From assembly GCF_006345805.1 (NCBI RefSeq), contig NC_043009.1, positions 37,448,001 through 37,512,000 on the forward strand: a DNA stretch of 64,000 nucleotides, given 5' to 3'. The position numbers and the translations under genes were made by a program. This document shows, in pieces, positions 53,266 to 64,000 of the stretch. Source of the stretch: Octopus sinensis (taxonomy: Eukaryota). Below the pieces are notes generated by a model. It saw only the letters and a program-made list of their open reading frames with translations, did no database searches and was not told the origin of the DNA. Each line of letters starts with the position of its first letter. Position 1 is the stretch's first letter.

Positions 53266-53317
53266 AAATTTTCAGTAATAAAGAAAAATATGTAATGACC
53301 ATTATTTATGCTTTGAC

Positions 53318-53369
<52 letters not shown>

Positions 53370-53553
53370 ATACGTATGTATGTATATACACACATGTATA
53401 TACGTACGTATGTATGTATAGGCAACCTAGCGCGTGCACGCACACACACACACGCTTGTATGTATGTATGTATATGTATGTGTATGCATATGTGTGTAAA
53501 GCCGTATATATATAAATATATGTATGTGTGTAAAAAGTTGTAGATGAATAGAT

Positions 53554-53601
<48 letters not shown>

Positions 53602-53746
53602 GTAGGTAGGTAGGTAGGTAGGTAGGTAGGTAGGTAGGTAGGTATGTAGGTAGGTAGGTAGGTAGGTAGGTAGGTAGGTAGGTAGGTAGGTAGGTAGGTG
53701 GGTGGGTAGGTGGGTGGGTATGTATGTAGGTAGGTAGGTAGGTAGT

Positions 53747-53823
<77 letters not shown>

Positions 53824-54504
53824 TTACGTTCAGATAAACAGATACATATGCATACGCATATCCATATACATTCATATATCCATTTGCATGTACATATACA
53901 TACATACCTGCATGCATACATGGATATAATAAAGACCTTAAATGAAAGGAAAATAGAACAATTTACTGCAATAGCCGAGCCATTTAACGTCGTCGTCAGC
54001 GCGATCGCAATACGCTTGCCAGGCGATCGTGCTACCAATTACACCCTAATGCCTTCAGTATATTTAAATCTGTCAAAGCGCTTATTACAAACGTTTCAGT
54101 ATGTAATAATGCATGTATGTATATATGTATAAATTGTGTGTGTGTGTCTGTGTGTGTGTGTGTGTATACATATATACATACATGTATACAGAGAGAAAGA
54201 ATGAAAGAGGGATAATGATGGAGATTAAACAATATCAGGCTTGACTCATACATACATGCATACACACACACATACAGACGCAGAGACACACAAACACAAA
54301 CATACACACAAATATCTAGTCCTGGATTTCTGTTATAACCATTCTTGAGCATTACTCATTTGATAAGTAGGTAGGTAGGTAGGTAGGTAGGTAGGTAGGT
54401 AGGTAGGTGGGTGGGTTGGGTGGGTATGTAGGTAGGTAGGTAGGTAGGTAGGTAGATAGATAGATATCTACCTCTCACCTATTGTTTATATAATTATATA
54501 TATA

Positions 54505-54880
54505 TTCTTTTATTCTTTTACTTGTTTCAGTCATTTGACTGCGACCATGCTGGAGCAACGCCTTTAGTCGAACAAATCGACCCCAGGACATTTTCTTTGT
54601 AAACCTAGTACTTATTCTATCGTTCTCTTTTGTTGAACCGCAAAGGTACGGGGACGTAAACACACCAACACCGGTTGTCAAGCTATGGGGGACAAACATA
54701 CACACGCACACATATAAATATGTATATGACGGGCTTCTTTCAGTTTCCGGCTACCAAATCCACTCACAAGGCTTTGGTCGGCCCGAGGCTATGGTAGAAG
54801 ACACTTGCCCAAGGTGTCACGCTGTTGGACTGAACCCGGAACCATGTGGTTGGGAAGCAAGCTTCTTACCACACAGCCAC
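54505..54880 (-). mobile_element. Family A SINE
   Basis: Head, CORE-like segment and tail all present. Confidence 0.9.
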
Positions 54881-54896
54881 ATCGGTGCCCTGTACA

Positions 54897-54937
<41 letters not shown>

Positions 54938-55333
54938 AACAAAAACTCATTAGAGGGCATTAAAACGTTCGGACAGATAGACGACACAAAGGCGGACAAG
55001 CGAAACAACCATTAGAAAGACAGGCAAAAAAAGATGGGTCCTTCTTGGCATTCTTTCATCAGTCAAGTACCAGAAGTCACGACCATTTCGGACAGTTACA
55101 CTTGAGACGGTTCGATCTGGTTGTCCCCAAAAAAGTATGTGTATGTGTGTATATATATATTATATATATATATATATATATACATACTTGGTGATTACAG
55201 TCCCTGTCAGTATATATGTATACAATTATTTGCTTTAACTACAGCATTAGTGTATCTTAGCTCTTATTTCTAGCAATGTAGGTGTTCTAACACAGTCATA
55301 TTTCGTGACTATTATAGTTTTCATAGCTGTCTA

Positions 55334-55785
55334 TCAGGTCATCCCATAAGTTCTGTCTGAATTTTGAATAAAGAAAACAAGTGATCAAATGTTATATTTA
55401 ATTGAAATTTAATCATCAATGTACTTTCTCTGATTATCTATGGCTTCCTTCTATCTATTTACAGGCTTTTTAATCCCATCAATGTAAAACTCTTTTGGTT
55501 TCAAAGCGAAGAACTCTGAAATGTCAGTTTCGACCTCCTCCAAAGTTATGTCCCCCAAATAATTCTGTAAACTACGAAACAAATGGTAGTCTGAAGGAGC
55601 AAGGTCAGGAGAAAAAGATGGATGAGGACATTTTTCCCAACCAAGCTCTTCGATCTTCTGTGATGTGATCTTTGCAGTGTGGGGTCGCGCATTGTCCTGA
55701 TGAAACATCACTCCTTTTCAATTCACTAAAGCGGTTCTTTTTTCTTCAAAGCTTAGTTCAAATGCTCTAATTGCTGACAGTATAC
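55334..55785 (-). mobile_element. Mariner 3' fragment with one TIR
   Basis: YCQQLEHL...FHQDNARPH...PDLAPSDYHLFRSLQN; TA|TCAGGTCATCCCATAAGTTCTGTC end. Confidence 0.9.
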
Positions 55786-55914
55786 ATATGTATGTATGTG
55801 TATGTATGTATGTATGTATGTATGTATGTATGTATGTATGTATGTATGTATGTATGTATGTATTTATGTATGTATGCATGCATGTGTGCGTATGCATGTA
55901 TGCATATATGTAAT

Positions 55915-56135
55915 ATTGTGTTTGTGTCTGTGATTGTCCTCCCACCATCGCTTGACAACCGATGTTGGTGTGTTTATGTCTCCCGTAACTTAGCGGTTTG
56001 GCAAAAGAGACCGATAGAATAAGTACTAGGCTTACAAAGAATAAGTGTTGGAGTCGATTTGTTCGACTAAAACTCCTGAAGGTGGTGCTCCAGCATAGCC
56101 GCAGTCAAATGACTGAAACAAATAAAAGAATAAAA

Positions 56136-56139
<4 letters not shown>
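55915..56139 (+). mobile_element. Family A SINE 3' half
   Basis: Consensus match. Confidence 0.88.
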
Positions 56140-56212
<73 letters not shown>

Positions 56213-56214
<2 letters not shown>

Positions 56215-56795
56215 AAACTGTGTTGCTGAAAATGCACTTAAATTTCAAAAATTCGTAAACGTTTAAAATACATTTATTTACATATATACCAAACTAGTTT
56301 CAACAATATTTTTTGTTTAGCAATGGTAAAAGTGTAAAATTAGCAAAACATCGTTATAAGTTTCAATATTGACAAATCAAAATTAAATTAAAATGTTTCA
56401 ATGTTGATAAATTATCATGTTCAAAATAGAAGGTGTAAGTTTGAAATTAAAACTGTATATTAATTTGATAGAATGTACAAGGTTCATTAATTTCAGTGGT
56501 GGTCGACAAGTCATACTGGAAAAAAAACTGTGAGAATTGAAATAGTAAAAAAGTGGAAATTACGGTTTCTCAGATCTTCTGTTTTGAACATGATAATTTA
56601 TCAACATTGAAACATTTTAATTTAATTTTGATTTGTCAACATTGAAACTTATAACGATGTTTTTCTAATTTTACACTTTTACCATTGCTAAACAAAAAAT
56701 ATTGTTGAAACTAGTTTGGTATATATATAAATAAATGTATTTTAAACATTTACAAGTTTTTGAAATTTAAGTGCATTTTCAGCAACACATTTTCC
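56213..56795. mobile_element. Foldback/MITE with ~220-bp TIRs inserted in (TA)n
   Basis: TATA|GGAAA(c)TGTGTTGCTGAAAATGCAC ... GTGCATTTTCAGCAACACATTTTCC|TATA. Confidence 0.9.
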
Positions 56796-57282
56796 TATAT
56801 ATTTTTTACTTCGTGGAAACACCACTCCCTCTTTTGATATATATAAGAATATAAAAAATACGGGACAAGAACGCAAAACATCCAGACTTTTAGATGATAC
56901 AAAAAGGGACAACAAAACATCCATACAGATGATACAAAAAAAGGGGATAAGAAAAACCAAGGACGGGTCATTCGGAGTTTTCTTTTGTCAATCGAGTTCT
57001 AGATTATATTGCAGTTTCGGCTGGTTATACTCGAGACTGCTCCAATCTGGCCAGCCCCAAGGAAAATCTAAGCTAAGAGCACTTGGAAGAAAGCAGCGAA
57101 TGTATACGAAAGCAAGGACAAAAAAAACGGAGAAATGGTACGCAAATACAAATGCAACAACAGGACATTAACAACAGGTATCTTTCGACTAAGGACGAAT
57201 TAAATTGAGCTGGCGTGAGTGGAAGTGACATAAGAGACATAAGAGATGATATGCATGGCAAATAATATAGATGCTGCACGGA

Positions 57283-57361
<79 letters not shown>

Positions 57362-57363
<2 letters not shown>

Positions 57364-57848
57364 CTCTTTTACTCTTTTACTTGTTTCAGCCATCCGGCTG
57401 AGGCCATGCTGGGGCACCGCCCTTGTTGCTACCCTCTCTAAGTCCAGTTTGCCGTGGCTGGCCACTGATCTAAGAGAGAGTTTGTAGCTGCTGCCCTTAG
57501 GTTACCTTCGTACCTTGCAGTGGGTTCATCTGGGATCCCGGAAAGCAGCTTGTCTAGATGTTTTTTGAAAATGTCCACATCCGCATCATGTAGATCTCTT
57601 AGTTTTCTTGGCAGTTTGTTGAACAGCTGAGGGCCCCTGAACCCCAGGCTATTACAGTATCTGCTCCTTACCCTGGATGTGGAAGACGGGACCTTTGGCC
57701 CACACAGTGACGTCCTGTACGGGGATTGGAACAGCTCTCAATTCCAAAATTTGGTGCTAGTCCCTCCAGGATTTTCCATATGTATATCACTGCATATCTC
57801 TCTCGTCTTCGTTCCAAGGAGTACAAATTGAGTTCCCTAAGCCTCTGT
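57362..57848 (-). mobile_element. CR1-type LINE 3' end
   Basis: RLRELNLYSLERRRERYAVIYIWKILEGL...DIFKKHLDKLLSGIPDEPT; tail gctgaaacaagtaaaagagtaaaagag. Confidence 0.9.
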
Positions 57849-57881
57849 ATATATATATATATATAATATATATATATTATA

Positions 57882-57916
<35 letters not shown>

Positions 57917-58496
57917 GGGCGGTGCATATGCGTGCGTATATGTGTTTTTATACGTAAGTATGCATGTATATATGTATATATGCGTGCATGTTCGCAAGTT
58001 TATATGTACGTGTATATAAGTATACGTGTGCATATATGTGTGTATGTATATATGTGTGTGTATATGTGCGCACGCTTGCGACACCTTGATTAAGTGATTT
58101 TTACCTCATCCTCGGCTTGAATCAATGTTTTGTGAGTGAATTAGGTAAACAGAAACTTTGCAGGATTTTAATCTATTTGTTCTCGGGATGTTACACTTAA
58201 TATGTCCCGCGGTTTAACAATGCTATCTGACTATCCTTCGCTGCCTTTAGCTGAGTCCACTCTTTTACAAACAATCTTGCCAAACTCTCTTGGTTAAGTA
58301 TTACCCAGAAACTTGGAAGTTGCTCCCTCTCTTTTACTTTACAGTTTAAAGAAATTGCAGAAAATTTGGGGTACCCACTTAGGACGACCAAGTCTTCCTC
58401 AAATTACACTGGGGTAAAATATTCGAAGCCCAGTATACCCATCATGACTACACGTCTGATAAGGGTACACCAGGCACATGTATGTATGTATGTATG

Positions 58497-58527
<31 letters not shown>

Positions 58528-58872
58528 TTATGTATGAACTATGTATGTATGTATATATATATATATACACGTATATGTGTGTATGTACGTAAATGGGTAC
58601 ATATATATGTGTGTGTGTATGTTTATAAGTATGTAGGTACATGAATGTATGCATGCATGTATGCATGCATGTATGTACGCCTGTATATATATATATATGT
58701 GTGTGTATATATGTGTGTGTATATATGTGTGTGTGTGTGTATGCATCGTATGCATGTATGTGGATATGTATGATTTAATGTTTGTAAAGAATGTGTATGT
58801 ATGTATGTATGTATGTATGTATGTATGTATGTATGTATGTATGTATGCATGTATGCATGTATGTATTATATG

Positions 58873-59707
58873 GGTTCTCATGGCGGAGATGTAAACGGAA
58901 CCATTCCCCCACCTTTAATTTTTTTTTTTACGGAATCCCACGTCTAGGCTATGGCGATACCGATTCTGAAAAAAAATTTTCAAAAATCGCAACTTCAAAA
59001 TTTCAGTCCCCACCCTTCCCTCATTTCACTTTTCACTTTTTCCGGAAATTTTGTTTTTGCGAAATACGTACAAAAATACGGAGATTATGATTCTGAAAAA
59101 AAGTTATTCAGAATCATTATCTCCGTATTTTTGTACGTATTTCGCAAAAGTGAAGAAATGGGGGAGGGGGATTTAAATTTTGAAGTTGCGATTTTTGAAA
59201 TTTTTTTTCTGTATCGGAATCTCCATAGCCTAAAACGTGGGATTTCGTAAAAAAAAAATTAAAGTGAGGAAGGTGCAGGAGTGGCTGTGAGGTAAGTAGC
59301 TTGCTTACCAGCCATATGGTTCTGGGTTCAATCCCACTGCGTGGCACCTTGGGCAAGTGTCTTCTACTATAGCCTCGGCCCGACCAAAGCCTTGTGAGTG
59401 GATTTGGTAGATGGAAACTGAAAGAAGGCCGTCGTATATATGTATGTGTGTGTATATGTTTGTGTGTCTGTGTTTGCCCCCCCCCCCAACATCGCTTGAC
59501 AACCGATGCTGGTGTGTTTACGTCCTCGTAACTTAGCGGTTCGGCAAAACAGACCGATAGAATAAGTACTAGGCTTACAAAGAATAAGTCCTGGGGTCGA
59601 TTTGCTCGACTAAAGGCGGTGCTCCAGCATGGCCGCAATTCAAATGACTGAAACAAGTAAAAGAGTAAAAGAGCAAGGTTTCCGTTTGCACCCCCGCCAT
59701 GTGAGCC
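58873..59707. mobile_element. Palindromic MITE (related to 28475) with family A SINE inserted at 59272-59673
   Basis: catggcggagatgtaaacggaacc / ggtttccgtttgcacccccgccatg; internal arms pair across 58900-59270. Confidence 0.8.
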
Positions 59708-59769
<62 letters not shown>

Positions 59770-59771
59770 AT

Positions 59772-60260
59772 ATTTATTATATAGAAGGAGCTTCTACAGG
59801 ACTAGAACTGTTTCATTCAAGAGAAATCTTCAGGAAGCTAGTTAACAAGAATTGTATTGGCATTTATACATTTAGGCAGGTTTAACGGGATGTTGGTGGG
59901 GGACTTTTTTGGGGGTAGGCATAGCGTAAAATATCATACTTGGGGGAGTGGTCAAGGAGTCAGTGTTAAATAAGATAGAAGAATAAATAAAAAGATAAAA
60001 AAAATAAAAAACCTATATATAAAAAAAACCTTTATTTTATTTTTTTAATCTTTTTATTTATTCTTCTATCTAATTTAACACTGACTCCTTGACCACTCCC
60101 CCAAGTATGATATTTTACGCTATGCCTACCCCCAAAAAAGTCCCCCACCAACCTGCCTAAATGTATAAATGCCAATACAATTCTTGTTAACTAGCTTCCT
60201 GAAGATTTCTCTTGAATGAAACAGTTCTAGTCCTGTAGAAGCTCCTTCTATATAATAAAT
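59772..60260. mobile_element. Near-perfect inverted pLTR-like pair, each arm with a hammerhead (59790-59838 minus; 60194-60242 plus)
   Basis: gcttc-CTGAAGA-tttctcttgaat-GAAAC-ag-ttctagtc-ct-GTA-gaagc; ~230-bp arms differing by a 12-bp indel and about one substitution. Confidence 0.85.
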
Positions 60261-61000
60261 TAATTTTACTCTGCTATGTATTGAGTACCTTATTTACTGT
60301 GGTTAACCCCGAATCAACCCGGGACCTACATATATATATATATATATATATATATCATAATGTCTCGATGTTTGCATTGATGGATGAATGTATGTATGCA
60401 TGTATTTATGGTTTCGCATACGCATACACCTAAGCATGAATACATATGCTCATACGTGTGCATACAGATGTGTACGCACATGTATACAATCATGTATACA
60501 ATCACAAATACATACAATCTTCCATGCAACAATACAAAAATAAATCATACATACATACACACACATACATACATACACACTCCCATCTATCTATACATAC
60601 GTTCATACATACATACATACGGACACACATACATACATACATTTATACATACATGCACACTTCTATCCATCCATACATACATACATATATACATACATTG
60701 ATACATACATGTATGCATGCATGCATCCATCCATCCATACATACATACATACACGCACACACACACACACAAACATACATACATATATACATACATACAT
60801 ACATACATACATACATGCATGCATACATACGTACGTACGTACATACATCTTCTCATCCATCCATCCATACATATATACATAAATACATATATACATACCT
60901 ACATGCATGCATGCATCCATCCATCCATACATACATACAAGCACATACACACAGACATATATATACATACATGCATACATACATGCATGCATACATACAC

Positions 61001-61061
<61 letters not shown>

Positions 61062-61487
61062 TACATACATACATACATACATACATACATACATACATAC
61101 ATACATACATACATACATACCATATACATACATACCCCTACGTGTTTTCATACATGTCCGAACATATATATCATTCCATAGTAGACAGCGAAAAAGTTTT
61201 TTTGTTTTTTTTTTTCAAAAAATAAGCTGTTAGTCACGGTAGCGAAGAGCCGGAACAGGACAAGTCCTGGGGTTAAATTACAACAACAACAAAAACCAAC
61301 AACTAAAACTGAAAATCCAGTTTACCTTAATACATTTCCAAATAGTTGGGCTGTTTTTTGTTTGGTTTTTTTGTATGTTGTTTATATCCTTGTCATTGAA
61401 ATTATTGTAGTTATTCTTGTATTTATAGTTTTTTGATGTTGCTGTTGTTGTTCTAATCGGTGGTGGTGGCGGCGGTATTTTGAATTT

Positions 61488-61911
61488 GAAAGGCGGCGAG
61501 CTGGCAGAAACGTTAGCACGCCGGGCGAAATGCTTACCAGTATTTCGTCTGCCGTTACGTTCTGAGTTCAAATTCCGCCGAGGTCGACTTTACCTTTCAT
61601 CCTTTCGGGGGGGTCGATAAATTAAGTACCAGTTACACACTGGGGATCGATATAATCGACTTAATACCTATGTCTGTCCTTGTTTGTCCCCTTTGTGTTT
61701 AGCCCCTTGTGGGTAGTAAAGAAATAGGTATTTCGTCTGCCGTTACGTCGTGAGTTCAAATTCCGCCGAGGTCGACTTTGCCTTTCATCCTTTCGGGGTC
61801 GATAAATTAAGTACCAGTTACGCACTGGGGTCGATGTAATCGACCTAATACCTATGTCTGTCCTTGTTGTCCCCTCTGTGTTTAGCCCCTTGTGGGTAAT
61901 AAAGAAATATA
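61488..61911 (+). mobile_element. Family B SINE dimer (full plus 5'-truncated unit) within one 14-bp TSD
   Basis: GGTATTTTGAATTT at 61474-87 and 61912-25. Confidence 0.88.
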
Positions 61912-62079
61912 GGTATTTTGAATTTAAGCTCCTTTTTTTTCAGCTGTGGGTTATAATTGTTTTTTGTACTTTTGGGGGAGGGGTTTTCTGGCGTGTTTTT
62001 TTTTTCTCGCTTTGTTATTGTTTTTTTTCTCTCTCTCTGTCTAGGTTGTATGGTTCTAAACTCAATGAATAGAATCTCG

Positions 62080-62249
62080 ACTACGACGACTACTGCTACC
62101 GTTACCGCTGCTGCTGCTGCTGCTGCTGCTGCTATTGCTACTGTTGCTGCTGCTACTACAGCTGTTGTAATAAGTGTTATCCTCTACTGATGTTGTTGTT
62201 GTTGTTGCTGTTGATGGTGGTGGTGGTGGGGTGGTGGTGGTGCTGGTGG

Positions 62250-62290
<41 letters not shown>

Positions 62291-62369
62291 ATGATGATGG
62301 TGCTACTGGTGGTGCTGGTAGTGGTGATGATGGTGGTACTGGTGGTGGTGCTGGTGGTGCTGGTGGTGC

Positions 62370-62413
<44 letters not shown>

Positions 62414-62863
62414 CTGGTGGTGGTGGCGCTGATGGCGCTGATTTTGATATTTTCTGCAGTGTTGGCAAAAAGAAGGTGGTGCCGATGACAACGATGATGA
62501 CAACGATGACAACGATGATGATGATGATAATAATGATGACGACGACGACGACGACGATGATAAATGTGTTTATAAATGGTTACACTTATGGCTGCTGCGC
62601 CTACTGATTGTTATGAATGTTTCGTACTGGCAACAATTAATGTTACTGAGGTTGGATTATTATCGCTGCTGTTGCTGCTGTGGTTGCTGCTTCTGCTGCT
62701 GCTTCTGTTGCTGTTGCTGCTGTTGTTGTTGTTGTTGTTGTTGTCGTCGTCGCCGCCGCTGCGGCGGCGGCGGCGGCGGTGGTGGTGACTGAAGAGCTGG
62801 TGGCCCTGGTTTTTAGTAATGTGGACAAAGAATGAAATGAGTAATACAATAATAATAAATACC

Positions 62864-62907
<44 letters not shown>

Positions 62908-62940
62908 CAGTAGCAGTAGTAGTAGCAGTAGCAGTAGTTG
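62080..62940. repeat. Compound trinucleotide microsatellite field
   Basis: (GCT),(GGT),(GAT),(GTA),(GAC) runs. Confidence 0.95.
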
Positions 62941-63544
62941 CTTTTCATCCAAAGAAGGATTCAGAGTACCATTGTTTTTGTACCTGTCTGCTGTGCAGGG
63001 GCCAGAATTTCATGTCAATGCACTTTATAAACTTTGATAGGTATATTAGCACAAGACTGTCTTGAGTAACAGTTGTTCTTTGACTAATATTTATATATAT
63101 ACTACCTTAAAAGCCGCCCTATCGGCCCTATCGGGCGGCTTTTAAGCTAGCCCCGGTGGAGGGCTCTTAATTAGGCCTTGGGCCCAACAATGACACTTCA
63201 TGCATTGAGTATGTGGTGTTATGAGCCAGTCTGTGTTGTAGGGAAGGATCGGAATTCAGAGAGTAGGTATGTCCTGTCGGAAGTGGGGCCTGTGGGTCCC
63301 ACCGGAAGGGCCGCGGTGGGCATGCGGAGTCAGTGGAGCGTGAGGAGGTAGTCGGTGGCAAACAGCGCACCAGAGCGGACGTGTTAGATTGTACGGCGTC
63401 GGATAGCGCACGTGGACATTGAGTGAACCTTGTAGATCGAGACAAAGCTCGTGGACGTTGAAAGTTACCCCTTTTTCCGGACCGACTGGTAAGACTACAA
63501 CAATTCTCTCTTCGCTTCCATTTTCTTTTTCTTCCTTTACATCA

Positions 63545-63960
63545 TATGTCAACCTACGAATAAAACAATAAACTAATAGCAAACTCTTTTGAAGAGACAA
63601 ATTGCTATGCCTAAACCAAGTTCCTTTATGAAGTGGCATTTGGTTTTTCGCCTTCTCTTTACAAGTTTTCTTATTGCACTGAAAACTGCGCTCTGCGTGA
63701 GATCTTCCGGCACGCTTCATCTTGTAGATTTTATTCAGCTTAGTTTTACAAGATGGGCAACGCATTTGTTTGACTATGAGTCCAAGTTCCTGGCAATAAT
63801 TAACCGTTGACTCTTTGTCAGATATTTTGAGGAAAGTCTATACAGGTTTACGCCAAGCTTTTTTCCCTTGTCTCTGCAATGTTGCCGAAGCAGTAGACGT
63901 AGAGGATTTCTCATAATCCGACATCTTGGAGCGAACTGAGAACGCGCGTGTTGGTGGCAT
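63545..63960 (-). pseudogene. Merlin/ISXO2-like transposase N-terminal fragment
   Basis: YCQELGLIVKQMRCPSC...FQCNKKTC...KGTWFRHSNLSLQKSLLLVYCF; one upstream in-frame stop; DDE core absent. Confidence 0.65.
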
Positions 63961-64000
63961 GAGTATTTATATTTTATGAGAGAAGTAGTCTGCTGCCATC

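Noticed and set aside
62174-62952. Poly-V/L/H/A ORFs
   Set aside because: Compound trinucleotide microsatellite

Overview
AT-rich, repeat-saturated eukaryotic DNA with one 100-N gap (4488-4587). The SINE families and extreme microsatellite load point to an octopus genome (inference from recognised repeats). No complete protein-coding gene is visible; nearly all supplied ORFs are microsatellite translations. The window holds several tRNA-derived SINE families and remnants of CR1, RTE, Tx1, R4/Dong and Penelope-like (PLE) retroelements. DNA elements include a Buster-type hAT with an intact 8-bp TSD, mariner derivatives, Helitron remnants, a Merlin-like transposase fragment and several MITE/foldback elements. 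A TATA+CCAAT promoter with a likely first exon lies on the minus strand near 31.0 kb. The most striking signal is about a dozen type I hammerhead ribozyme motifs from at least six short PLE-like families, often in inverted pairs. Two motif classes show recurrent non-canonical cores (CCGACGA, CTGTTGA), and one motif sits in a tRNA-headed element bounded by a 10-bp TSD.
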